Part shown: one piece after another, positions 45,274 to 54,042 of the stretch | How positions within the stretch are numbered: the first letter of the stretch is position 1 | How the letters are laid out: each line of letters begins with the position of its first letter | Notes under the pieces: model-generated | What the model was told of the DNA's origin: nothing | The model's input: the letters and a program-made list of their open reading frames with translations, nothing else | The model's database searches: none | Program-made: the position numbers and the translations under genes | IMG/VR virus record: IMGVR_UViG_650627003_000001 | Span: 1-64,000 of that record | Source: a virus | Taxonomy: Duplodnaviria > Caudoviricetes | Direction: 5' to 3' (one strand) | DNA length: 64,000 bases

Positions 45274-45310
45274 CCTAGTGCTATTATACACTAGGCCTTG
45301 TAAATGTAAA
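45274..45310 (-). promoter_or_regulatory. terminator hairpin with a -10 element in its loop
   Basis: TTTACA-16-TATAAT; CCTAGTG-TATAATAG-CACTAGG-TTTTTT. Confidence 0.7.
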
Positions 45311-45952
45311 TTAAATTGTTGATCGATTTTCGCGAATCATTTGTCCGAGTGAACCACCAGGATGGTATGTCAAAAAGTCTTGACGTGTAAAACCGATTTC
45401 TTTTGAAAGATTAATCCCAATAGTATCAAGTAATGCAAGAAGAACTGTAGTACTAGAAGTTGGAGCAAGTTTATTTTCGTCACATTCTACTACACCAGGA
45501 ACATTCATCACAAAGTCAAATGGTTCTTTCATTTCTTCTGGTAAGTTGTCATTGCATGACAAAAGAATTTGTTTTACTTCCGGGCGAATACCACGTAAAT
45601 GTCGAGCCATGCCTTGCATTTCTTCTGTTTTACCAGAACGCGACACATGAATAACTACGTCGCTATATCCGATAAATCCGGCATCGCCATGAGCGTAATG
45701 GCAAGTATTTAGATATAAACTTGGTACACCAAGAGACGCAAATGTTTCTGAAGCTTTAGCAGCTAAATTAGCATTTTTGCCAACACCAGTAATTACTACT
45801 CGATTTGAATACATTCTTGATCCGAATACCGTATTAAGAATCGAGTCCATCATTTGTTCGTATTTTTCTGAATTTTCGTCCAGGAAAACAGAAAGATTAT
45901 TCATACATCGAATTTGTTCTTCGATTACAGCTTTTGCATTTTGTACAAGCAT
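45311..45952 (-). CDS. arabinose-5-phosphate isomerase (KdsD/GutQ SIS domain, no CBS domains)
   Basis: ITGVGKN, AHGDAG, SRSGKTEE, LAPTSSTT, HPGGSLG. Confidence 0.9.
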   Translation of the reverse strand: MLVQNAKAVIEEQIRCMNNLSVFLDENSEKYEQMMDSILNTVFGSRMYSNRVVITGVGKNANLAAKASETFASLGVPSLYLNTCHYAHGDAGFIGYSDVVIHVSRSGKTEEMQGMARHLRGIRPEVKQILLSCNDNLPEEMKEPFDFVMNVPGVVECDENKLAPTSSTTVLLALLDTIGINLSKEIGFTRQDFLTYHPGGSLGQMIRENRSTI

Positions 45953-45953
45953 A

Positions 45954-46211
45954 TTAAACTCCCGATGCGCCTGCGATTAAAGTAAAGAATCCAACTAATG
46001 CTAACCATCCAAATACTTTAGCAAAGTTTCCAAAACTTGTATTTGTTACTGACAAAATTAAGGCGAATACCCAACCGATAATAGTCCAGCCTAAAAATGT
46101 GTTGATTAAAAAGATAAATGTCGCTGGAGCAGCATGTCCACGCCATGAAATTAAAGTCGGCAAGAAGTATAACATTAAGCAAAGAACACCAGCTAGAATC
46201 ATTGTGATCAT
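45954..46211 (-). CDS. imm: superinfection immunity membrane protein
   Basis: LYFLPTLI...IFLINTFLGWTIIGWVFAL. Confidence 0.88.
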   Translation of the reverse strand: MITMILAGVLCLMLYFLPTLISWRGHAAPATFIFLINTFLGWTIIGWVFALILSVTNTSFGNFAKVFGWLALVGFFTLIAGASGV

Positions 46212-46543
46212 GATAGTACCCCGAATCGAGATTTAAAGTGTTTAACCATACAGTCTGCTACACCCGCGGCCGACGAAGTCAATTTACCGTCGTGATCTCG
46301 TGTCGTTTCACCAGTCGATAAAAAAGCTAACGCGCTACTCTTCCAAAGTTCTCGACATTCGATTTCAAAGTCTTTTTCTGCTTGAATTCGTTTTTCTACT
46401 TTACTTTGGTTTACAGCGTTAGTGAACTCACGCGCGTCATCAATAAATGTGGTCAAACGACAGTGCTTACATTGCACTTGTGGCGGGCTAGATAATAATT
46501 GTGGACTAAAATCAAATTCATGATTACAAGTTAATTTGTTCAT
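46208..46543 (-). CDS. hypothetical protein with Zn-ribbon-like N-terminus
   Basis: CNH...CKHC; ECRELWK...AD segment shared with 46602..46826. Confidence 0.6.
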   Translation of the reverse strand: MNKLTCNHEFDFSPQLLSSPPQVQCKHCRLTTFIDDAREFTNAVNQSKVEKRIQAEKDFEIECRELWKSSALAFLSTGETTRDHDGKLTSSAAGVADCMVKHFKSRFGVLS

Positions 46544-46555
46544 AATAATTCCTCA

Positions 46556-46597
46556 TGTGTATGAAGCAATAATACTTCATACACAGTTTAAAGTAAA
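46556..46597 (-). promoter_or_regulatory. early promoter with an 11-bp inverted repeat around the -10
   Basis: TTTACT-17-TATTAT; TGTGTATGAAG/CTTCATACACA. Confidence 0.75.
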
Positions 46598-46601
46598 ACC
46601 T

Positions 46602-46826
46602 TTATCTAAAAGTTTTCAAATATTTGCTCACCGCCATGTCAGCGATATATTCTGCCGTATCAGAATAAGAATTGTTTTTATGTGATACATGAAGACCAGC
46701 TCCAATAGATGCTACAAATACGTCACGCCAGAGTTGTTTGCATTCTTTTGAATTTTGGTGCAATGGCTCAGGATAAAGAAATTTACTGGTTTCGTCTAAA
46801 ACTTGGTCTGAATCAAAACTTGTCAT
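46602..46826 (-). CDS. hypothetical protein, partial paralogue of 46208..46543
   Basis: ECKQLWRD...IADMAVSKY. Confidence 0.6.
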   Translation of the reverse strand: MTSFDSDQVLDETSKFLYPEPLHQNSKECKQLWRDVFVASIGAGLHVSHKNNSYSDTAEYIADMAVSKYLKTFR

Positions 46827-46835
46827 GAGTTTCTC

Positions 46836-48011
46836 CTAAAATGAAAATAGATCAGCAAGATCTGCTTTATGTTCATAATTAAGACCGGATGCTTCACACA
46901 TACCGGCAAGTGGATCGGCAAAAGATTTAACAAACAATTCACCGTAATCGATAGATGCTAACACATCGTCTCGAATCTCTTTAGGTAACTCTGTGCCAGA
47001 AGGCCATGCAATACATTTGTCTTGGAAAATGTTACCTTCTTTAAGCGGAAGCACCATTACTTTTTCACCTTCCATAATTGGAAGAATACCATCGTAGCCA
47101 TCAGTTGCTCGGTTATAAGTCAGTACACCACGAACATGATAAGGGCATTTAGAAGCAGGGAATCCTTTGCCATCGTTATATTTCTGAACATTATTCGCAG
47201 TTTTAACTTGGGCGATTACTTTATAATCTAACTCACGGTATTCTGCTTCAAACTTTTTGTAATGTTCTTGGAGAGCTTCTTCACCTTCTTGGAGCATTAA
47301 ACGAATAGATTCTTCTAATGCATCTTGTACGGCTTTTGGTGTAGAAGTTTGTTGTGTTTCCATGCCCATGATTTTAAGCTTTGGAGTTTTAAAACGTACT
47401 TCTTCCATGTCCCAAACACATAATGCATAACGCTTTTTCGCTTTCCAGAAGCCACCAATACCTTTTGAATTTAATGGTGGACAAGAAATCGCTTCGCGAT
47501 CCATGAACATTAAATGTTCTCGGTTATTCATGTACTCGCATAGTTCACGATATGCTTTGTCAATTGCAGGCTCCATCTTTTCTTTGCCAAAACGACTTAA
47601 GAATGTTACTTTTTCATCAGTAGTTTTGAAAGTGCCTTCAGGAATTAATGCAACTACATTGTCTACACAAACATAGATAGAATCTGTATCACCGGCAATA
47701 ACGTATGCAACATTGTTTGTTTTACAAACAACATTTAAGTATTCGTTTACCTTTCGTTCGATCCATTGAATTGCTAACTGCCCAAACAATGTAATCGCTG
47801 AGGCGTTTCGTAAATCATAGAATCTGAAATATATGTTACCAAGTGCTCCATAAAGCGAGTTGATCAAAAGTTTTCGGTTAATCTGATTTGTGTCACAAAT
47901 CATGACGTAGTCATTACACTCTGCTAAAGCAGCTTTTAATTTGTCTTGTGGAAGTGATTTCAAATACGCCAATTCTTCATCACCAAAAGGTTTACTAAAA
48001 TCTAGTTTCAT
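46836..48011 (-). CDS. 43B: DNA polymerase C-terminal subunit gp43B
   Basis: KLLINSLYGALG, AGDTDSIY, KKRYAL, KIMGMETQ; own SD GGAG. Confidence 0.95.
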   Translation of the reverse strand: MKLDFSKPFGDEELAYLKSLPQDKLKAALAECNDYVMICDTNQINRKLLINSLYGALGNIYFRFYDLRNASAITLFGQLAIQWIERKVNEYLNVVCKTNNVAYVIAGDTDSIYVCVDNVVALIPEGTFKTTDEKVTFLSRFGKEKMEPAIDKAYRELCEYMNNREHLMFMDREAISCPPLNSKGIGGFWKAKKRYALCVWDMEEVRFKTPKLKIMGMETQQTSTPKAVQDALEESIRLMLQEGEEALQEHYKKFEAEYRELDYKVIAQVKTANNVQKYNDGKGFPASKCPYHVRGVLTYNRATDGYDGILPIMEGEKVMVLPLKEGNIFQDKCIAWPSGTELPKEIRDDVLASIDYGELFVKSFADPLAGMCEASGLNYEHKADLADLFSF

Positions 48012-48071
48012 ACTGATCTCCATAAAGGGTACAAGGAAATAATATCATTTATAATTTTAAGTTTTAAAACA

Positions 48072-48104
48072 AAAAAGCTATCTACTCATTCCGAATAGAT
48101 AGCC
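48072..48104 (-). terminator. intrinsic terminator upstream of 43B
   Basis: GCTATCTATTC...GAGTAGATAGC-TTTTTT. Confidence 0.75.
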
Positions 48105-48141
48105 TAGGATAAAAGACCTATTATAATAATAACACGTCATT

Positions 48142-48432
48142 TTAACGCTTTTTGTATAAAGAACCTTTTGGCCCTTTTGTGATCACCCATTGTGCTTCCG
48201 TTTGTTTATGATCACATTTTTTGCATGAGTGTGTAGTAATCACCTCAAACAATCGATGACTATTTGCAAACATTTGAGCATATTGTCGACTGTGTCCTAC
48301 ATTATGGATGTTGCTTTCTTTGCTTATCGCTTTATTGACACAGTATTTTGTGTAGCGACCAGTGTATTGACTAATACTTCGAAAGTCATGACGACATTTT
48401 GGTTTAAAGAAGTTAATAATAGCCTTAAGCAT
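48142..48432 (-). CDS. hypothetical Zn-binding-like protein in the 43A-43B insert
   Basis: CRHDF...CKKC. Confidence 0.55.
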   Translation of the reverse strand: MLKAIINFFKPKCRHDFRSISQYTGRYTKYCVNKAISKESNIHNVGHSRQYAQMFANSHRLFEVITTHSCKKCDHKQTEAQWVITKGPKGSLYKKR

Positions 48433-48613
48433 TTTTGTCTCCTTGTTGCCCTAGAATTGCGCCTAGGCGACTTTGTTTGACAGTATAAATGATTCCATCA
48501 AGTGCACCTTTAAGTCCCTTAGAGAACGAAATAGGCCCACCTAGAACACCGTCATTTTTACGGTATGATTGTACTAAAGATTCTAAGTATTGAATACGAG
48601 CTTTATCGTTCAT
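48425..48613 (-). CDS. hypothetical protein in the 43A-43B insert
   Basis: SD GAGG. Confidence 0.55.
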   Translation of the reverse strand: MNDKARIQYLESLVQSYRKNDGVLGGPISFSKGLKGALDGIIYTVKQSRLGAILGQQGDKNA

Positions 48614-49051
48614 TTTTTGCTACCTCTGCGTTCAAAGACTTAAATAATTGCCAACCATTACTATTTTTAAAGCTGAATCGAAATTGTGATATGTCACAAT
48701 TTACTGAGATACCATTACGTAGATGTGTAAATGAATTTGTATACTCATTAATTGAAACGACTTTTACTTAAGACCACTGCCCTGACGAATTGCTAATGCA
48801 CCAACTAATCGATGAGTTGTTTCGTATTTTTTGATCCAATCTGTGATACAAAGCCATTGAGTTTCTTCTTCATCGTCTGAATCCACCCAAGCAAATACCC
48901 AATCATTCATTTGCTTATTTGTAATCTTTGAATCAAGAGTATAAAATTGTATAAATGGACCTGAAACTATGCCTGCTCGATGAACGATGCTTTCTTCACC
49001 TGATACTTTGTTTTTACATAATACGCCTACTAATGGGAAAACTTTTTTCAT
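48603..49051 (-). pseudogene. frameshifted gene in the 43A-43B insert
   Basis: ORF stops at 48764, but a start-less 54-codon frame (VKVVSINEY...AKNER*) continues from 48767; the joined protein has an internal repeat LVGVL...SG / LVGAL...SG. Confidence 0.65.
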
Positions 49052-49521
49052 TAGAACCACTCCGGTTGATTACGATTTTTCCAAGTACACATTTCACGTT
49101 TAGAAGTTTTGTACAAGTGACGATACTCAGCAACTGCGTCAGTAGAGCCAAGATTATTTTCCTTGTTAACCACAATTGCGAATGGAGTTAAAGGACCAGC
49201 AGGAATTTTAGAAATTGCGTCGATAAACAACGGAATTAATCGAGAGCTTGCGTGGACTTTACCATAACGATGTGTGTACTCGTTTAATAAATCAATTGTT
49301 AAAGTTAAAAGGTACTCGAAGTTTGAGCGAGTTTCACGAGCCCAAACAGCAGAAGGATGATTAACGTGAGTTTTGCGATACATGCCTTCGACTGCAACAT
49401 TATGAACATGACATGAAGTTGACAACAATTGACAGTATTCGACAATCATTTTAACTACGTGCTTGTCAGCATGCATTTGCGCGTTTAATACAGTGTTTTG
49501 GTCAAGAATAAAAATGTTCAT
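49051..49521 (-). CDS. pyrimidine-dimer DNA glycosylase / DenV-related family protein
   Basis: MNIFILD...HADKHVVKMIVEYCQLLST...YRKTHVNHPSAVWAR...EYTHRYGKVH. Confidence 0.75.
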   Translation of the reverse strand: MNIFILDQNTVLNAQMHADKHVVKMIVEYCQLLSTSCHVHNVAVEGMYRKTHVNHPSAVWARETRSNFEYLLTLTIDLLNEYTHRYGKVHASSRLIPLFIDAISKIPAGPLTPFAIVVNKENNLGSTDAVAEYRHLYKTSKREMCTWKNRNQPEWF

Positions 49522-49596
49522 AATGCGTTCCTCAAGTTGATAAGCTTATAATACCAAGTTATTTAGTGAATGTAAACTGATTTACAATAAAGGGCT

Positions 49597-49884
49597 TCAT
49601 AATACTGAAGCCCCAAAGAAGTTAGCTAGAGTGCGATAGGGAACGTTTAATTCCTGCTCAATGGATAATGACTGTACAGCTTCTAAAGTCGCCAGTTGTG
49701 GCCCTGCACCCATACAGCGTACATCTAACTGAGTTTTGACATTACGAACAACGTCATCGATTACACCACGATGATCTGGACGAGTAGCCAAAAATTGTTC
49801 CACAGTTGGATGCAAAGAAACATTAAAACCGTTTGCGGTAGCTTCGATGTTTAAAATGCCTACTTGAATAGTATATTGATGCAT
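49597..49884 (-). CDS. hypothetical early protein in the 43A-43B insert
   Basis: Start MHQYTI behind GAGGA and an early promoter. Confidence 0.6.
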   Translation of the reverse strand: MHQYTIQVGILNIEATANGFNVSLHPTVEQFLATRPDHRGVIDDVVRNVKTQLDVRCMGAGPQLATLEAVQSLSIEQELNVPYRTLANFFGASVL

Positions 49885-49981
49885 GATGTATTCCTCGTTG
49901 TTGATAGAAATAATATACTCAATAAAAATTAATTTGTAAACTGATAAATGCAAAAAAGCCACTCAACGAGTGGCTTAATTT

Positions 49982-50188
49982 TTAAAGTGCTTTGGCAACC
50001 TTAGCAAAATCTCGTGCAAAGGATTCCTTTACATCATTTGGATGTTCAAACAAGTATTTGTTAATGACTTGCATTGTTGCAATTCGAAGAGTTGGTTCAT
50101 TAACTAGTCCTCGAGTTACCATGTGAATTTGACCATCACTAATAATTAATGTAACTTTTTTATGTGGAAAGATTAATTTAGTTTTCAT
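49982..50188 (-). CDS. hypothetical protein in the 43A-43B insert
   Basis: ATGA overlap; terminator downstream. Confidence 0.55.
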   Translation of the reverse strand: MKTKLIFPHKKVTLIISDGQIHMVTRGLVNEPTLRIATMQVINKYLFEHPNDVKESFARDFAKVAKAL

Positions 50189-50454
50189 AACTTTACTCCT
50201 GCAACAATAGACTTTTTAAGCTTTTCAACAATCGGAAGAAGAGTTGTACTAACTTTTTCGAGTGTTTGAGAATTAATTGGTTCACCGATAAATGGATTCA
50301 ATGCACGTTCAATATCAGCAATGACTTGTTTGTTGTTCATTCGATCATTGTGATCGACTACAAGTTTGATTTCACCATCTTTTTTAAAGTGAAGTTTAAT
50401 GATACCAAAATCAATTGATGGAGTTGTTTGTGCTACTGCTTGAAATGTATTCAT
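50185..50454 (-). CDS. hypothetical protein in the 43A-43B insert
   Basis: First gene after the 43A terminator. Confidence 0.55.
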   Translation of the reverse strand: MNTFQAVAQTTPSIDFGIIKLHFKKDGEIKLVVDHNDRMNNKQVIADIERALNPFIGEPINSQTLEKVSTTLLPIVEKLKKSIVAGVKL

Positions 50455-50480
50455 GGTTTATCTCACATTGTGTATAAGGT

Positions 50481-50518
50481 TATATTATCATAAAAGAGGT
50501 GAAGTATACACCTCCTTT
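50481..50518 (-). terminator. terminator (with promoter-like elements) directly after 43A
   Basis: GAGGTG-TATACTT-CACCTC-TTTT, then TGATAATAT. Confidence 0.7.
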
Positions 50519-50519
50519 A

Positions 50520-52028
50520 TCATTTGATTAACTTTTTAATGAGTTCGGCATTTTGTTTTGCCTTCATCATTTTACCTTTCCATTCTTTACGTTGGAAGAA
50601 TACTTTTTCGACTTCTTCAGGTACTACACCTTTAAAATCTTTTCGGAACATCCAACCATTAGGAGAACAACTATATTCATCGCTAGGACGCGGAGCCGTC
50701 GCATTAATATAATCTTGAATCGGCGCTAGTTTAAATTGTCCTACAATCGTTTCTGGACTAATATTCACTTGTCGAATGATTGATGGATACAAAGATGTTA
50801 AGTCAAATGACATTACATTATTGTAAGCACCTGGTTTTGGCTCTTTAACGTATGCACCGGGATAAGATACACGAACGTGAGATTTCATTTCTGGGAGTAC
50901 CCGATTTGTTTCTTTAAGTGAGTTAAAGATAATCGCATCCCAAGTTTTAATTGGTGACATCACAGAAGCAATATTCATTTTAGCATAATAGCCCATAGAC
51001 AACGCAAGGTTAATGAATCCGCGTTTAATGTCGATTAACTGAACACAGTACACGTCAACAATGTTATAACTAATGTAACGTTGATGATTTGTTTCACGTA
51101 ATTTATTAATCGGGCCATCATATGGAATTTTATTTAGACCGGTTTCGTATTCAGAAATGAAATCAAGTTTATATGTTGGTTGACCAGTGAAACTAAACTT
51201 TTTGTACAAATCAAGATAATCAAGAATTGTTACACCGAGAATAGAGAAAATTTCACGTTCACCACCATAGTTATCGTTGATTGTTTTAGAATTGATTTTA
51301 CCAAATGGACTTAATCGTTTAATGTGATGCGGGCCTAATACGTTTTTAATTCTATTGATCACATATGGAATATCAAAACCTTCTACGTTCCAACCAGTAA
51401 ATACTGCCGGTGGTTTTTCTTCCCAAAGATTAATGTATTCAAGAAGAAGTTCGCGTTCTGATTCGAATGGCATGTAAACGACTTTGTCCAATAGTTCTTG
51501 TGGAACTGCATCACCACCTTCTTCCATTGTTAAAGCTGCAATTTTAGGGTCCCAACGACTTACATCAGCATATTGAGATTTCAATAAATCAAATACATAG
51601 AACTTATCGTCAATAGAATCGTAGTGTGTAATTGCATCAATTTCGTAAGCAGCAAATCGTGGATCTGGAAATTCAGCACCAGTTACTTCAATGTCCATAT
51701 TACAAACACGAATGAATTTTTTATTGTATTCAATATCGCCTTTATACATGTCACTGATATATGCTAAACGGAAATCTTCCATTCCAAGAACTTCGACAAG
51801 ACCAGAATTTTTATTTTTCCAATCACGACATTCGGCGATAGAATCGAATTTACGTGGAAGGCAGAATTTGCCATAAATGTCTTTGTATTTTGTTTCACGA
51901 TCTGTATGCACAAACATTGTTGGACTATATGGGACAAATCTGACTTTATCATTGCCATCGACATCAATGTAACGTTCTGCAATTTCGCCACGCATTAATT
52001 CGACATTTAAATAAAATTCTTGATTCAT
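50520..52028 (-). CDS. 43A: DNA polymerase N-terminal subunit gp43A (exonuclease plus motif A)
   Basis: MDIEV, GWNVEGFDIPY, YNIVDV, SFDLTSLYPSII; ends in the fingers helix QRKEWK. Confidence 0.95.
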   Translation of the reverse strand: MNQEFYLNVELMRGEIAERYIDVDGNDKVRFVPYSPTMFVHTDRETKYKDIYGKFCLPRKFDSIAECRDWKNKNSGLVEVLGMEDFRLAYISDMYKGDIEYNKKFIRVCNMDIEVTGAEFPDPRFAAYEIDAITHYDSIDDKFYVFDLLKSQYADVSRWDPKIAALTMEEGGDAVPQELLDKVVYMPFESERELLLEYINLWEEKPPAVFTGWNVEGFDIPYVINRIKNVLGPHHIKRLSPFGKINSKTINDNYGGEREIFSILGVTILDYLDLYKKFSFTGQPTYKLDFISEYETGLNKIPYDGPINKLRETNHQRYISYNIVDVYCVQLIDIKRGFINLALSMGYYAKMNIASVMSPIKTWDAIIFNSLKETNRVLPEMKSHVRVSYPGAYVKEPKPGAYNNVMSFDLTSLYPSIIRQVNISPETIVGQFKLAPIQDYINATAPRPSDEYSCSPNGWMFRKDFKGVVPEEVEKVFFQRKEWKGKMMKAKQNAELIKKLIK

Positions 52029-52105
52029 AATGGCTCCTTAGAGGGTAAAATTATATTATACTCAAATATCCAAAAGTTTATGACCCGAAAGGGAGCAATT
52101 GCTCC

Positions 52106-52462
52106 CTAACCGATAATGTATTTTGGTACAAGTTCCCATTCTGATTTCTGTTTGAAAGAAATGATTCGGAAGTTGTTAACTGGCTCTTGATCAAGTTCTT
52201 GATCGATTTTTAATAAGTTCCAGGATTCAAGCATTTTGGCAATAGACAAAGTTCGAAGATTATCTTCATCATCGATGTCGACTTTTTTGCCATCCATTCG
52301 CATTAAATCTTTGAAGTGAGCAATAAAGTATTCACCACGTTTTTGAAGAATATGGCAACTTTGATAAAGAACACGAGTTTTGTTGTTGGCAATACCCATT
52401 CGAGTTAGTGTTTCTTTAACTTTCAAGAAGTCAGACGGTTGGTTTAATGTAATCTTAATCAT
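52106..52462 (-). CDS. regA: translational repressor RegA
   Basis: DFLKVKETLTRMGIA, LYQSCHILQKRG, WELVPKY. Confidence 0.97.
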   Translation of the reverse strand: MIKITLNQPSDFLKVKETLTRMGIANNKTRVLYQSCHILQKRGEYFIAHFKDLMRMDGKKVDIDDEDNLRTLSIAKMLESWNLLKIDQELDQEPVNNFRIISFKQKSEWELVPKYIIG

Positions 52463-53025
52463 AATAATTTCTTTAACTCTTTAATTTCTTTAACATTTTT
52501 CGTGATTGTCTTTAAAAAATCGTCGCTCACGAAGCCAGCTGTTTTAACTACATCAGATAATGTACCCTTTGCAGTTAATATTTGTTTGTACATGATTGAT
52601 TCTACACGAGAAATATTAAAGCGTTTTCCAATAACTGCTAAATAAAATTCTTCGACGTAATCAATTCCTAATTTTGACGACTTTGTAAATCGTTTACCAT
52701 ATGGAACGGAATCAATCATGTATTGATAATGCACTTGGTCAGGCATCCCACCCATTGTCAGGTTAGCCATATACGCCGCCTGGAGTGAATCTACATGCTG
52801 CGATAGCATATCATCAATCATGAACTTGGAATAACCGTCAGGAGCGACCTTGTGTTGCTTACCTGTATTGATGTTGTTCAATGAATCAAACAAAGGATTT
52901 GGCTTACTATCATCAAAAGTGTCAGTAAGTCGTTTCACTTCGTCCCAGTCTTGATTAAACCAGGCAATTTGATATTCATTTAATGCTGGACCAACATCAT
53001 CGCCCATCAAGAAATCTAATGACAT
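52459..53025 (-). CDS. 62: clamp loader small subunit gp62
   Basis: YSKFMIDDMLSQHVD; synteny. Confidence 0.9.
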   Translation of the reverse strand: MSLDFLMGDDVGPALNEYQIAWFNQDWDEVKRLTDTFDDSKPNPLFDSLNNINTGKQHKVAPDGYSKFMIDDMLSQHVDSLQAAYMANLTMGGMPDQVHYQYMIDSVPYGKRFTKSSKLGIDYVEEFYLAVIGKRFNISRVESIMYKQILTAKGTLSDVVKTAGFVSDDFLKTITKNVKEIKELKKLL

Positions 53026-53026
53026 A

Positions 53027-54001
53027 TTAATCCCACTTGATATTGAGAACTAATTGAGTAAACAAATAACGTAAGTGGACTTTAACATTACCAGCATTTC
53101 CGTGGAACTGATTGTTTTCGCCAATGATTTCGTTTAAACGAATTCGACTCATTTTGTCACTAAGCATTGGATAAATCGTTTCTTGGAGTTGACAAATAAA
53201 TGTCGGATAATCGGCAAAGTATTTTGTCGCCAATTTATTACATTCAAGAAGATCTTTTGACTTTAAAGCAGAAATAATATCCTGAATAGATGCACGATCT
53301 TCAAGAACAACACTTAACAAACTTGCATCAATGACTTTATTTGTTGCAAGAAATACATCAAGCTCGTTTACTGTTTTACGGAAATCTGGGAAGTTCTTTT
53401 TGACTAATGCAGCAAGAACACGAATTCCTTCTTGACCTTCAACTTGTGCGCCTTCAGATTCGCAAATTGCTTTAGTTCGCATGATCATTTCTTTCATCAT
53501 GTTCACTTCATCTTCTGGTGTAGATTTACCAAAAACAATATGTCGAGCACGAGAAACAAGTGCTGGGTGAATGCCTGTGATGTCATTACAAGTGATGATA
53601 ATGCTACAATTATCGCCATAAACTTCCATAAATGTACGTAAAGTTTTTTGAGCTTCAGCAAGACCAGGTCGATCAAACTCGTCAATAATAATTACTTTTG
53701 GACGACCATCTAAAGATAGAGATGATGCAAAAGTTGTAAGAGGGCCACGAACAAAATCAATTTTACAATCTGCGCCGTTTACAAACAATACTTCAGCATT
53801 AACTTCATTTGACAAAGCATACGAAACTGTTGTTTTACCTGTACCAGGTGAATTCGACTGTAAAATCAAATGTGGAATTTTACCTTTTTTGGTAATTGAT
53901 TTGAACAGTTTTTTATCTTTAGCCGGAAGAATACATTCGTCGATATTGTTTGGACGGTATTTCAATTCGAGCATGTGTTGATTTTCATTGACAGTAAGCA
54001 T
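53027..54001 (-). CDS. 44: clamp loader large subunit gp44
   Basis: KYRPNNIDECILP, PGTGKTT, IIDEFD, FPDFRK. Confidence 0.96.
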   Translation of the reverse strand: MLTVNENQHMLELKYRPNNIDECILPAKDKKLFKSITKKGKIPHLILQSNSPGTGKTTVSYALSNEVNAEVLFVNGADCKIDFVRGPLTTFASSLSLDGRPKVIIIDEFDRPGLAEAQKTLRTFMEVYGDNCSIIITCNDITGIHPALVSRARHIVFGKSTPEDEVNMMKEMIMRTKAICESEGAQVEGQEGIRVLAALVKKNFPDFRKTVNELDVFLATNKVIDASLLSVVLEDRASIQDIISALKSKDLLECNKLATKYFADYPTFICQLQETIYPMLSDKMSRIRLNEIIGENNQFHGNAGNVKVHLRYLFTQLVLNIKWD

Positions 54002-54042
54002 ATTGTTCCTCATTTCAAATGTTGGGGCCGAAGCCCCGTTTA

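Noticed and set aside
48012-50519. Group I intron or intein in gene 43
   Set aside because: The insert has terminators, promoters and several ORFs; 43A has a stop and 43B its own SD; no intein termini
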